A stretch of 64,000 nt of DNA from Auanema rhodensis (taxonomy: Eukaryota > Animalia > Nematoda), in assembly GCA_964057225.1 (NCBI GenBank), contig OZ059898.1, forward strand, positions 6,572,001 to 6,636,000, written 5' to 3'. Below, in pieces: positions 12,482-26,508 of the stretch. The notes below the pieces were generated by a model, which saw only the letters and a program-made list of their open reading frames with translations, did not search any database and was not told the origin of the DNA. The position numbers and the translations under genes were made by a program. Within the stretch, counting starts at the first letter, position 1. Every line of letters begins with the position of its first letter.

Positions 12482-15400
12482 CTATTTGATTAATTCGCTT
12501 CTTTTAGCTAAATTGGAATGAAGCTTCGTCAAAACGTGGAGATGGAAAGGATCAGGCTGGTCTGACCTACTAATTAATCCAGCGTTACCGGATGCAACAG
12601 ATATTAAATGCTTTCTAAAATATAAAAAATATGAAAAATATGAAAAAAAAGTATCACCTGACTCTTGAAACACTTGTCATTGTTTCTATTGGATTAGCTC
12701 CGTTGAGCATTCTACATACCAAATGGTAGACCAAAATCTGAAAATCATTTAGATTATATTATTTATAGAATAATTATTTGTTACTCTTGAGCCACAGTTT
12801 TCTTTAATACGATCTGTAAGGTGAACATAATGATTGGTTGCTTCCTGGTAAAGAGTTCTGAAATCAAACTTCGGTATCTGAACCCAATATGGCTTTTCAG
12901 CGCTCAAATCCACACGCCATGCATCTAACAACGATGATAAAACCCATTCATAAGCAAGAATACTCAAAGAGTCCTAAATAAACAAGACCATCAAAACTTT
13001 AAAAAAAAAGCTCATACTTGAATATCTTGTATTTCAGAATTTTCTTTGATATGAACATTGCGCATGGTTTCCAGAGCTCGCTGAGTATGTACAAAAATGA
13101 ATTTTCCGAATTGAGAATTTTCTCTGTAAATCAAGAATGTAAAATAGAGAAAATAATTATCTGATTACCTGTCTTCTAAGCAAATTTTTCGAGCACAGAA
13201 AGCATGTCCCACTGCTAGAGCTAAAGGCCTGAATAGAAAATAAAATTGGAAACAGTACAAGAAAAAATATTACTCTGTCAAGAGTTCCTTGGGGCACTGT
13301 CTAACAACGGTATAATGTTTTTTAGCCAACTCATTTCGACCATGTTTCCATAGTAAAGCACATGTCAGAACATGAGTCCACCAGGAACATAAAGCATCTC
13401 CTTCAGAAACTGTAGTATCACAATCTATAACATACAAGCATATTTTTTTCAAAAAATATTAACAAACTCCAATCAATCTCTTTTTTCGGAGCGCCTCCAC
13501 CAGTAGACATAGATAATAGAAGACGTGAAGCATCAATGACATCAATCTAGATTTAAATGCGATTGGAAACAGTAAAGAAAGTTTAAATTGAAATACTTTT
13601 TCTTCTGTTGCTCCGGATAGCTCAGCGGACAAAAGTTTAATTAAATAAAGTTTAAAGTGACTTCTTAGTTTAGAAATTGGGGATGTATCTGGAAACTTAT
13701 AAGTATAAATTAAAAATTATAAGTTATAAGTTATACCTAAGTTTTCAGAAGAAAATGGTATATGGCGTGCTGGTGAGGACAAAACATTTTGCACAGTTTC
13801 AGCACTTGAAAGATATTTTTTGCTTAATGGATGAAAAATCCAAGATAAACCATTTATCTATAATATTCAAGATTGTAAACAGCAATGCAAGGAAAAACTT
13901 ACAGCATTTTCTTCAGAACGTCGTACATGTCTCCGAGCTCTTCGATAAAAATATAATGATACGATTTTAGCAAAAGGTCCGTATAAGCACATTCTTGTTC
14001 TAAAATACACAAATTTATTTAAAACGATATTAGAAATGATATACTAACCTTATACCGGCAGCTAAATAAATATCTGCCATAACACTACGCGGTAATCCAT
14101 CCACTGATACACCAGCGCTCTCCGCTAAGTTCACAGCGGATAGTGCAAGATATAAACCAGATACAGACCCATATGTTTCATCAATTCCCAGTAACAAAAG
14201 CTTAATAAGAACAAATTTTATAGAAAAGATGGAAAATATAAGCGCTAACTTGATGTAATTTGTGATAAATAAGAGCAGTATGAGCATGACTTTTACAAAC
14301 TACTGTAACGGGTTTTAGAGCATTACGTTTTCTTCTCGAAAACCATCTGCACAAAAAGAAGATGATTACAAGAATATCAAAACGGAGAGATTACCTTCCA
14401 ATCCATAAGCCATTCAAAGTATGACGAACAATCTGCCATACTACTGATAAGAGAGAGTCTAGGCCTGCGGAAGGAAGAGGTCTTTCAAGAATCTATGAAT
14501 ATTACAGATAGGAGGAATTTTTTTATAAAAGAAAACCTGTAAACATTCCATGTACAAACGCATAGCTTCTTTCACATTCCCTGCATCTGTTTCAACACGA
14601 GCTCTATGACGAAATGACAAAAACGTAGACCAAGAACGAGATTTAAAGTCCTAATAAAACATAAACGAAAATAAATATGAATAAAAACATTTTCTTACCT
14701 GTACAGGTTCTCCGTATACTAAAAGCCGTATAAGAACACAAATGATAACAAATATATTTACAGACCATACAAATCCAGGACGAATCACATTATTTTGCCA
14801 CCAATTATCGGCATCCGTATAATATGGGTCAAAAACTTCATCATTCTATAACAGTTGCTTAATATATTAATACAAAAATTAAACATACTTGTAAAACTCG
14901 ACCTCCCATTGGAAGAGAATTATGAATAATTGGTTCTTGTGCAGAAGCAGATTCAGCCAAAAAACTAACGGGGTTCCAGACCAGCATAGCCAACATGAAC
15001 GCAAATATGGAGAGACGTACCTGAAATAACAAACAGCTTGAAAAATAAGCGTATATGCTTACTTGATCCAGTTTTGGTCTTTTATTACCTTTCATTGGGA
15101 GATTTGGAGAAGAAGGACAATTCTAGAAACAAAGAAGACAATAACTGAAAAAAAATTAGAGCTCTACAGTATCCGGAGATTCGAGAGACTCGATTCCAGA
15201 AGTAAATGCGGAATTACTAAATGCTGGTGATAATGGCGCCATATGCTGAGTAGGAACCTGTAAGTTTGTAATCAAAAACTTCCTTAAAAATAATATGTGT
15301 TCCACCTCAATTTTATTGGCCATTAGAATTGAAGTAAGCCTTGCAATTTCCCCTTTAAGAGTCAAGTTTTCATTTTCAAGGTTTGAAATATGTTCAATGG

Positions 15401-17496
15401 CTTTCCGCAAAGTTGCAGATTTACTGAGCTGAAACTGCAGGCTATGAAAATAAATTAGGAAGATGTAATTTCACCTTGGTATCTTCTCCGCCCAAGATAG
15501 TTTTCAGGTGTTGGATGCGATCATTGATTGAACATCTATACTTTCTCTCAATTAAATTATGAGCCGTTCTTCTTTCTGTTTTAGGCCCCCGACGAATAGG
15601 CAATTCATCCGCTGGTTCATCTTCCAAATCGCTCACATCATCATCTTTCCATTTCTGGTCACGCGTGACTCTAGTAGCAACAGCAGACGGTCTTGGTCTG
15701 TTATCCCGGTTTTTCAACATTTCAACCTCACTTGGTGACATGTTAACCTTGAAGCACACACATATTAAAACGAATGCTATATTTTTCTAATACCAAAAGT
15801 CTTAGTAACTCTTCTTTCGTATTGGATGGTTTCCTCGGACTTGTACCATAAATTGGTTCAGGCATAGGTTCTATCTTTAAAAAAAAGCAGTCAAAACTAC
15901 TGAAAGAGATATTATGTGTCAACCTTTGGAGGCTTATACGTGTACGGAGGTGACATCTGTCCATCAACATACATAGCAGGAGGAGAATGCACGGCTGGCA
16001 ATGGCTGCATTGCTGGAGCAGCTAACTTCTGAGCCTGAAAAATTCAGATTTTTAAAAATTTTGTTTCCACTATTAGTTTTCTCTGAACGATTGACAATGT
16101 TAAAGTTTCAAGAAAGTAAACAGTGTTCTTCCACTCCGTTTCTTATCAGCAGGCAACCCCTTTTCACCCCGTTTTCCATAAGCATCCAACGATCAATGGG
16201 TGCATGTGAATCGCACCTGATATAACAAAAAAGATAAGCAGACGGGTAATACCAAAAATCTATGATAAACTTAGGAAATGATGTTTACTAAAATTGCAAG
16301 AAAGTTATCTAAGCCTCAAAATTTGCAAATATTAAAACACAGTAAACTGGAACAAACATAATGAATTAAAGTATTAAACCAAAAAGCTATATGTATATAT
16401 GTAAAAGCTTTCAAAATTTAAAAATGTATGGTTCTATTTCAATTAATTAACACAGTCTATATTACCCTAATTTTAATTATTTTGAAGAGTTGTAAAAAAC
16501 ATGAATCTTACTTTCGAATAGGTGATCGTACAAATGAAATGATGAAACATTCTTTAATCAAAGAAATAGCATCATCATTGATTGGGCAGTGATAAAATGA
16601 TATATAATTTGGGTTCTAGACAGACTGTCAAATTGATATTTAAAAAATAAGTGACTAGAAGAACCCTCGTAATAAAATCAAGTGCTCTTAATCAATCGTA
16701 AAAACTTAAGAACTCGCACAATATAACTTTTTCCGGAAAAAAAAGAATTGTAATTCATACCAAACTACCAGGCTGGAAATTACTCTCTGCTGCTTGTGGC
16801 TGATTAGATCCTAACTGTGGCAACATTCTTGCTGTTGATTCAAAGCGGCTGGAATTCTCAAAATTTGGAGGCGAAAACCTGTAAACATTATAATAAACAA
16901 AATCATTTTTAATTTTTATTCATAAATCAATATTTGTCAAACTAACTTCATTGCGTATGGATCATGTTGAGGTGGTGAATCAGATTGCATAAGCGTCATA
17001 ACGGAGTCAATTTCTTGAGACCTGAATTATCAAATAAACTTAATTATATAATCGGACTTTTTCAAATATTATAATTTTTTTGTCCTCAACGACCACGTGC
17101 TACATGAGACATTTTGTTTCAAGTATGTGACAACTGTTGTCTTTGCTTAGTCACACAACGCAAAATCAATTGACTTTTCTACGTTCTCAAACTTTTAGTG
17201 AACGAAGAAGTTCAGCTAAAGAAATCGTACTTGTTTGGATCATAATACTGTTGGGGAGGACTATGTTGATTTATTCGTCCGAATGGATTGGCGTGATAGA
17301 CTGAATTAGCATTGTGTTGATGATTCCATTGATTAGCCATGGAAGGATAGCAGTCCATTGCTTCTGAATGTACAACAGCTGAAAAAAAATGTTGCAAAGC
17401 AAAACTTGAAGAAATATTACATTGGATTTCATCCAAGTTTACATCCAAGGACAAAAAAGGATCCGTCCTTTGAACATCTAGATAGTTATACTCCAT
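12482..17496 (-). CDS. sbp-1: SREBP transcription factor
   Basis: bHLH-Zip [21 protein letters not shown] with the SREBP-specific Tyr; TM with WNP (S2P-type); luminal GRVL; C-terminal regulatory region [17 protein letters not shown]. Confidence 0.95.
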
Positions 17497-18466
17497 GGCA
17501 CAAGCGGTTATCAATTATCCATAAATAAGCTGGAAAATCAGAAATACAGAAATAGGATATTTCAAAAAAAAAAGAGCTAAATTTAGAGAAAAGTACAGAG
17601 ACAGACACCTGGCAGAGCGCTAGGTCAAAGAGAACAGTACACTGAAAAAAGCAATCACTACGCGAAAACGAAGTATTTGTTACAATGAGTGCGAGATCGA
17701 ACCCGAAGGACACGCAAAAATTAATCAATAGAAAATTATTGAAACGTTTCAGAATCTTGTTTACGGTTTTCCGGCAAGAATATCTTATGAAACGGTCAGT
17801 CTACGACAATCTTTTTTCTAAACATTTCGTGCACGTTAAAAACAAGAACGATAGAAAATCTAAACCAGCATGGTTAGCCAGTATAAATGATAATATAATA
17901 GTAGATATATCAAAAAAAAAGATAAGAATTAGTATTTTTACATTTACTGAAGAAAATCAAAGCGAAGCAATTAATGTAGAAAGCATTACAAGATAGTGGT
18001 TTCAAATTGCTGTGATTGATCAATGATTGTGATAACGACGAAAATGAAAAAGCAGAAAAGTTCTGAATCTGAGAATAAATGAAAATTACTTCTTATTACT
18101 TAATTTCTTATCTTAGAACAGTGCCAAGAATTTTGCGAACTATATAACTGACTTTTATAGGCAAAGCAATATTTTTGCTTTAAAGAAATAATAACCTCTA
18201 ACAGACTGATAACATTAAATGATTTACAAAGTAGAACTATACGATCCGTTTTATATTTTGACAGCGCTTAAAGTAATTATTTACCTAATTATCAAATACT
18301 TTAATGAATAATTGTAAAATACAGTACATTTTTGACTGGCGTTAGGTTAAAAATAAATGTACCTTTCCATTAAGATGGAATTGCAGATTTTTATCATTTT
18401 TTTAAAATTTCTGGTATTTTTCTAATGTTTCTAATAATATTTTGGTCCATATAGGGTTAGATTGAA

Positions 18467-19267
18467 ATGGATAACTACATTTTGTCGGATGAAAGTGTTG
18501 AAATTGAAGCAACAGTTCCCTTTCCCTCTCAATACACTGAAAATGCTAAAATTATGAAAATTAAAAAAGGAACGAAATTCATCAATATAGTAAACTACGT
18601 TCTCAACTTGTTTAAGGTTTGTTGTAAAAGTGGATTAATAATTATTGTACATTTAAGGAAGACGTTCATAGACTAGTTATATTTGAAGGATTAGGAGATG
18701 CCGCTGAGAAATGCATATCCTGCGCCGAAGTATTCAAAAAGAAATATCAGGTATCCATGACAAACACAGTGGTTCAAACTTTTTTTAGGGATTATTATAT
18801 CAGTGGAACTCTCTAGGTATTGGAAAATCTATAACGCTTTGGGTGCCTACAGTTCATGAATTACAAAAGTAATTAGTCAACTTGCGATTGTAAGAGATAT
18901 ATGTTTTAGAATTCGAGTGACAGTAGACACTCCTGTTATGTATATTTTGATTTCTAAGGACCCATTTCCGGATAATCTCCAATGTGGAAGGTGATTAACA
19001 AATGAGATCTATAATTCAAACAATATTTTCAGCATGCAGTGTTCCACAGAACAAGTGATTCCACGGCACACCAGATCCAATAAGGTAGTCATGTTTAAAA
19101 TTAAAAAAAGCAATGTCAAAGTTCAGAATAAGAGAAAGGCTTTTCCTAAGGTCGAAACTCCGGCAGGTACTAATAGATGGGCTCGATCGAGTAAAGAGGA
19201 GAGTGCTCGTCGAAATCGGGAGAAAGATAGTATTATAACAAATATCAGTCATGGATCAACAGAATAA
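18467..19267 (+). CDS. Alba-domain Rpp25-like protein
   Basis: MKIKKGTKFINIVNY, VIFEGLGDAAEKCISCAEVFKKK, LYQWN, W.P, P.MYILISKDP. Confidence 0.8.
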
Positions 19268-19409
19268 TTTGTTTTCGTTTTGTTGTTGTGATTTATTGAT
19301 ACTTGTTCAATAATTTAAATAACATTATTTGTAAACCGTGAACTTAAATTAAGATACACATAAAACACAGGGAAAGTGATATTGCATACTTATCGGCATA
19401 ATTATGAAG

Positions 19410-19728
19410 TTAGATCTTGTGTCCACTTTTCGTGAGTTCTTCCCTAAATGAGATGTTCCGATTAATGTACATAATATCAAAAATTACTTTAATTGCTTAG
19501 AAAATTCGCTTTCATTAGTCTCATCATCCCAGTTATCTTCCCAGACATGAACTTCGTCATCATCAGCATCTGCTGCCTTTTCATTCCAATCCTGAAAAAA
19601 AAAGTTTTAACACAGTGAACAAAAATTATTATAACTTGAACTGGAAACTCTTCAAACTCTTCGTCATCTAAAGTTTTCTTTGTCTTCTCCTTCTTGACAT
19701 CCTTCTTAGTAATGGTAATTCCGGACAT
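19410..19728 (-). CDS. dss-1: DSS1/SEM1 proteasome/TREX-2 subunit
   Basis: DDEEFEEFPVQDW...VWEDNWDDE...FSKQLREEL. Confidence 0.95.
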
Positions 19729-19931
19729 TGTAATATTTTCTGAATTACTATTAAAATAAAAAACAATTAGACATAATATATGTAAAATAGGCTTCAACCA
19801 ATATGATAAAGAAGAATATATAGTATAAAAAGTAAAATATTAACAAATTTTCAACAAACAACATAACTATTCGCATCCTAAACTATAGTATAATTAGAAA
19901 AGCTATAACATCTATATTATTCAAATCAATT

Positions 19932-21451
19932 TTAATCATCTTCAGACTTTCCTGATTTTTCTTGCTGTTTACGTTCACGAGCAACCTGCTCTGCTCTTAA
20001 TGGAAGCGGAGCAGCTTCCTGTGGTCTCGCTTCGTTAGTATCATTATTCTCAGCTAAAAAAAAACAGAAAATATATAATTTAATTTAATTATAAATTACC
20101 TAATTCTTTGGTTAAATGCGCTCCCTGCTTAGGCTGACTCCACTTAGGATAAACTTTGTCGTGAAGCCCAAAATAACATTATGATATATCAATTAAATAA
20201 TGGTATGTTACCTCCAAACTCCATCAACAACAGCAATATGATTTTCAAATACAACATATTCCACAACATCTCTTGCCTCATTTTCGGAACCCAAAATTAA
20301 ATGACCGAAACGATCATAAATTGCTAATTTCTAAAAAGGACAATACTATTAAACAGGTTACAAAGCATAACAAACTTGTCTTGTATGCATGCGAACTGTA
20401 AGTTGAGCAATATCATTTCCAGATTTATACGGGTTATCGGCACATCTAACAGCTACTACTTTACTCGGTTCTACTCTTTCCACTAACTCCCAAAAAATTG
20501 ACCCGTTTTCTACATCCGGCCACATTTTCTATATATTATCATTAAAAAAACTACAATTGTACATACCACAAAAGCTCTTTCGGTTATAAATCTGTGTAGA
20601 GATTGCTTATCCCTGGACATCAAAGCTTTATGAGCCTCTTCATAAATATGATCAGCAGTTGGGGCAAATTTCTTAAGGGAAAAAAAATAATAATAGTGAA
20701 AATGAGACATACTGCAGGATCAAATTTTTCAAATCCTTCCTTCTTCTTTATCCTACTTGTTCCGTTTCGCCAGTTATGATATTTATGAAGCATTCTTTCC
20801 TAAATTAAGAAAAAAGTTTTATAAACAAATTTTTAAGAAACCTTGACTTCATCTACTTTCATACGAGTATTTTCCGCTAAATTACTTCCCAAAATTGGAA
20901 GAGGATCTTCGGGGGCAACATATGGATCAACAACAGCATCTTAAATTATAAAAACTAATAAAAAAAAGAACAAAAAAAACTACTGAAAGATTGCATGGTA
21001 ACTTGAGATTCTTGCCAATTACGTGGCTGAACTTCTTTATAAGGATTGATCCCCTTCTTCAGGAAAGCAAGTCTAACTTCCGTGGGAGGTAATGAGTCTA
21101 ATTCTCTTTGCTCTACATCATCCGGTAGTTCTACTGTAGGTGTTTTTCTACCGCGCATCTATACTCAATAATAAAATGGAATAGTAGCTTTTGACACAAC
21201 GTACTCGTCGGAACATCTTCTCATTCACATGAGTATTACGATTAGCTTTAGCTTTGTTAGATCGATGAATTCCCAGAAACCTATAAAAATGTAAAGTAAT
21301 ATAGATTTGGCAAAATATAAGACCTTTGCAAATCATGTCTCTCCTTGTGATGATGAACACTGCAAGTTTGAGTGAACACTGATGGTAACGCCTGAAGAGC
21401 TCCGGTAGATGTCCTTGAGAAGGATATCACTGGGCTTATTCGCCCGAGCAT
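19932..21451 (-). CDS. mrpl-45: Mitochondrial ribosomal protein L45 (Tim44-like domain)
   Basis: [34 protein letters not shown]...VVEYVVFENHI...WRLHDK; basic N-terminal presequence. Confidence 0.9.
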
Positions 21452-22011
21452 CTATAAAAAACTATTTCTTAATAATATTTCCCTTATAAGAAAAATGTGA
21501 GAATAATATAGTAAGAGATGGATATTAGTAAACATAAGTAGAAGTAATGACTTTAGATGACAGAAAATATCTTAAATTTTCAAGGTGGGCGGATTCGCAA
21601 TAGAGCACGCTTTACGCCTATATAAATCACATCAATAAGGAGCAGTAGAAAGAAGGTAAAACAAGGGGGCAATTGCTATATCCGAAATAAAAATGTAGCA
21701 TTAAATTGAGATTTAATTTTTGTAGGAAATATATATAACAAATAATTTGTTTTGTTTTGAATCTTTCAAAGACTGGGAACCGAAAAACCTGTTCTGACCA
21801 CGTCTCGCCATGCTCGTCTCATCTTGCCTGTTTCGTTTAGCACTTTCAACATTTCTTATTCTGTTGTTTCCCGTATTATTATTTCTGATTAAAATAATTC
21901 ACAAGAAGATTTAGAAAGGTAACATATGAACTTGTATATATCGTTATTTAATATCCAGATTGTAGTCAGATTACTGTAAGTGTTGATTGCAATACTTTCA
22001 TGAGCTAGCAA

Positions 22012-22345
22012 ATGGTTAATATGCAAAATTATTCCGAATGGAAGGCGGCTCTTCGTTTACAAATTGAAGCTTTGGCTAGAAGAAATGAACTACATAGACG
22101 ATGTAATCGAAATTCTGTGAAGGCTAGAACTCAGGTAGTAATAGTTACCCCTATATCATTACAGCTACCAAACTCATTTTATTGTCATATTAACTTGAAT
22201 ATTAAATTTTAACTAGGAAATGGATAATAAAATTCTTAAACTACGGGAACTTTTACAAATTGATGCAAATAAGTGTGCCCAATATTACTTGGAATGCGTG
22301 TGTCATGCGGATGAGACAGAACGAATATTGAACAGGTTTTCGAAT

Positions 22346-22396
<51 letters not shown>

Positions 22397-25300
22397 TCAA
22401 AGCAAAGGTTGAAATATTTAGAACATCTTCAAGGATAGTAAAAAAAAAGAATGTATTCAAAGGAACAATAAATGAAAATTCTGCACCGGCTATTATTTCC
22501 ATACCTGGACCAGTGTCAAATACTGTAGTAGGTCTTATTAATTTAAATACGTTTCTGTTTGTATTGTAGTTTGTACCACAGTTAACTCATTCCCGTTTAA
22601 GTTCAATTTTTTCAAAAATTATTCTATATTCCTCTCTATTGATCGATTGCTTTTTTTCTCTCTCAGAATTACTATATGTTAATTCCATAGATACTTTGTT
22701 TTATGTTCAAATAATGTTGTTTAATTAATGTTTAATTAATTTAAAATTTATGTTCGTTTCCTTTTAGGCACCAGTTGAAGCAGATAGTAGAACTAGTGAT
22801 CGTGTACCACATGACAAACGTTGGTGGGAACAGCTATCTATTCATCGTCGTGAAGAATATTATGCTGAAGGAAAACATGAAGTTCGGCAAATGTTTCGCA
22901 CCCAAGTAAAAATTCGCCAAACTTCAATTAATAACAGTCATGATTACAGAAAGATTTCTTTTTATCTTGTATAGGACTAATTATTGGTATAGGGCATGTC
23001 ATTAGATTTCCTGCAAGAATATATGAATTTGAAGGAGGTTTTATCTAATATTTCTAAATTTTGATAAGTGTTGTTTATTTTTCATTATTTAGGAATTTTT
23101 TTCATTCCTTATATCACCTGTCAATTGTTCATAGGATTTCCTCTTTTATATTTGCAATTGGCTTTAGGACAATGGTCAGGATTAAGTGCACCGGCTGCTT
23201 TAGAAGCTCTAGCTCCAATTGCTTCAGGTTATTTCTTCCTATTCCACATTTTGGTTTTCACAGATGGTTTTTTAGGAGTTGGATGGGTTTTGATAATAAC
23301 AGGAATTGTTTTTGCTATTTATCTAAATGTATATATTGCCTGGAGTCTTCAATTTGTTTTCCAATCAATTCGAGCTATTTTCACAGGTGTTGTACCATGG
23401 GAGCAATGTTCTTCACGTAATTCTTAGCTCATCTTCATTTATATTTATATTATTTTAGCTATGTTTTTAAACAAAATATGCTGTGATATAAGCAATATCT
23501 CTTCTTGTGCATCAAACAATGCAACTATGCTCTCAACTGAGGCTTATTTTTTGTTAGTGTGCTTTCATTTTAGTTTTGAAAAATCTTTTTGCTTGCAGGT
23601 CAAGCATTATTCCAGTTTCTGAACCATTTGAATTTTCCGCTAGTTTACAAGGATTTGCAGTAATTTCTTTTCTGTTATCATGGCTATTGACAACTATTGG
23701 ATCGCTCCGATTTGCGCATTCTTCTGGAATAAGTGCAATATTATCTATCATAATACCCATTACATTTGTATGAATATTACTTTTTTTCATAATTATTTGT
23801 TATATTTCAGTTATTTATCCTGTTCCTAAGAGGGATTTCTCTACCTGGAGCTCATGAAGGAATTGCATTCTTATTGAATATTGATTTAGAAAGACTTTTT
23901 GCTACAGGAGTAGGTTAAATTCTATCAAAATATTCTAATTTTTTCTCTAGATTTGGCGCGCTTCTGTGCAACAAGTATTTTACGAACTTACTCTCAATAC
24001 AGCTCCATTAATAACCTTCTCAGCTTTGAGTCGGTTTAACAATAATATATTTCGGGATAGTGTCGCTTTGATTTCAATGTTAGTAAGCCATTTCGAGTTG
24101 ATATTTATAATCCTTTTGTTTTTAGAAGTGTTCTAACTTCAGTGTTTAGTGCTCTTGTTGTTTTTTCATACCTAGGATATTTTGCAAGCTCCTTGAAAGT
24201 TTCTATTCAGAATGTAGTTTGTAAGTTATATCCATTTGTTAAAATCTTATATATTTTATTATACAGCGTACGAAGGACATTATTTGTCGTTTTATATATA
24301 CACTGCAATTACTTCGACATTAAAAGGTGGAGCTATATGGAGTCTACTTCTCTTTATTGTTATTATACTTGTCACTTTAGATGCTCAATATGCTCTGTAT
24401 GACTTTATTTTTTTTCCATCCATATTTAGATCTTATAGAATGGAAATGATAGCTACTTCTGTTTTAACCAAGTTATCATCACTTAATCGGAGACTGCAGA
24501 ATAAGCTTATAATTGGTTGTTGTTTATTAGGCTTTCTTCTCGGCTTACCTTTTTGTACTAAAGTGAGAAATATTATTGTTCTATTAATATATTATTCAAA
24601 TTTCAGACTGGAATGATGTTTTTCCATACATTAGACAGCTTAATTGCATGTGCCATACCATGCTTGCATTCCATTGCATTGGTTTTGATTGTAACTCAGA
24701 TTTATGGTTAGGCTTTATATGTCTTTATTTTCTTGTTATCTCAGCGATACAATATTTAAGGTGTTAAAGAAATTGTAGCTGATATTTCATACATGATTCG
24801 AATACCAGTACTCCCAATGAAACGTTGGGGAGCTATTGATTCTGCAAGTAAGCTACAAGCCTTATTTGGACCTACTGGATTATTTATTAAATATTGTTGG
24901 ATCTTCGTAACACCATCATTTTTAATTGTGAGTTATATTTTACACTCTGGTTGTTTATTATAATATCATAGATACTTTTATTCCTACATGTAACTGATTA
25001 CAAACTTGTTACATTAGCTGGCAAGCAAGTTCCATATAATTTTGAATTATCTGCTTGGATGCTAGTTAGTTTTCCCATTCTTCTTCTTCCTATTTTGGTT
25101 TTTCGTTCAATCACCAATGCAAGAAAAACAGGAAAGGTAATTATTTTATAAATCAACGAATTATTTGTTATGTTTTCTAGACATTTGTTTCCCTGTTCGA
25201 CTCAAATGTTTGGACTCAAATGCATAGATTAGAGCCTATCACTCCATCTCTAACTGAAGGTCCTGATGAGCAGATTCGAAGAAGAAGAACTGCCATGAGA

Positions 25301-26296
25301 GAGAACACTTATGTGGTTGGGAAAATACATGTATACATGTTTTTACAATATTTTTCAGTATATAGATGCCCAAAATCGACCGAATCCTGATCCTGTGATA
25401 TTTAATGTCGAAGATAATTATGGGTGGCGGATGGGTCGACTGCATGACATGCATGATTCAATCTCAATCACAAGAAACCAATCAAATATTTCCAATGGCT
25501 CTTACGATCTTTCTGTAACTTCTCGACGGTCATCTCAAGTTGGTGAACTTACTCTTTTTGGTTCCCCTCCAGCCTCTAATGCCTTTATGTTGGCCGATGT
25601 TATCTCGGAAAGAAAGAGAATCGAAAGACATAGACCAACGGTAAATAATGCAATTAATATAATTAGTATTAATTGTTTATTGAAGATGTTGGATTCCAAA
25701 AAAGATTTTGAGATACCATCAAATACAACATCTAGTGAAAATATACCCATGTCAATTTTGGGCTACGAAACTCCTTCTAAGGTGAGTTTTTGTAACCCTT
25801 GTTTTTATTTATTTAATTTTATTTAATTCAGCTTCATAAAAAATCTTGTTCATCTGATCCACCTTTGATGCGTCCGTTTCCGATTGTTGCGAGAACATCT
25901 CCATGTCGTTCAGAGCCACCAATAATGGCAGAACGACATTTACCTTCATTGAGAAGTCGAAGTGAAAGTCATAATAATTTTAGCGAAGAAAGTGACAGCG
26001 ATTGTGATAGCAATGGTGCGAAAGCGTTTGTGTTCTTCTTTTAAATCTTGGTTTCAGGAATACGGCGGGAAAGACGCACGGTTATTCGTCGCATGCCATC
26101 TGAAGATTTACAGTCAACATCTATAGCTGATATGGCTAGGCAAAGATCTCTGAGCTCAGTGGCAATTTTTACAAACGATGTATGTTTCTTCTACACATTT
26201 TTTGTTAAAAAAATTTTTATCTAGGAGCCCCGCCCTAAAAACAAATTGTCGCAGCTCAAACGGCCAGCCCCAATCAATGTTCCCACACGCTTTTAA
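22012..26296 (+). CDS. Divergent SLC6/SNF sodium:neurotransmitter-symporter family protein with long cytoplasmic termini
   Basis: TM1 CIGLIIGIGHVIRFP, GGIFFIPY, FIGFPLLYLQLALGQW, RGISLPGAHEGI, W..SVQQVFYEL, SRFNNNIFRDS; Ser/Pro/Arg-rich C-tail. Confidence 0.8.
22348..22390. repeat. (AT)n microsatellite in intron
   Basis: About 21 AT units. Confidence 0.9.
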
Positions 26297-26508
26297 ATTC
26301 AAAATAGATATTTATAAAATTCTTATTTTTTTTATTTAAAAAAATGTTTTTAACATTTATTACTTTTTCTAAGCTTTTATTAATTAACTAAATAGAGCAG
26401 TTAGTTCTCGTTTCAAAGAAATCGAATCAATTTCTTATCTCGTTTGTGCTCTTGTGAAACGGTAAGTGTTTAATTTATATTTATATATTTATTTTTGCCG
26501 TTTTTTAG

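Noticed and set aside
16030-17900. Autoregulatory SRE/E-box sites in sbp-1 introns and promoter
   Set aside because: Only a generic CACGTG (~17094); no convincing SRE consensus
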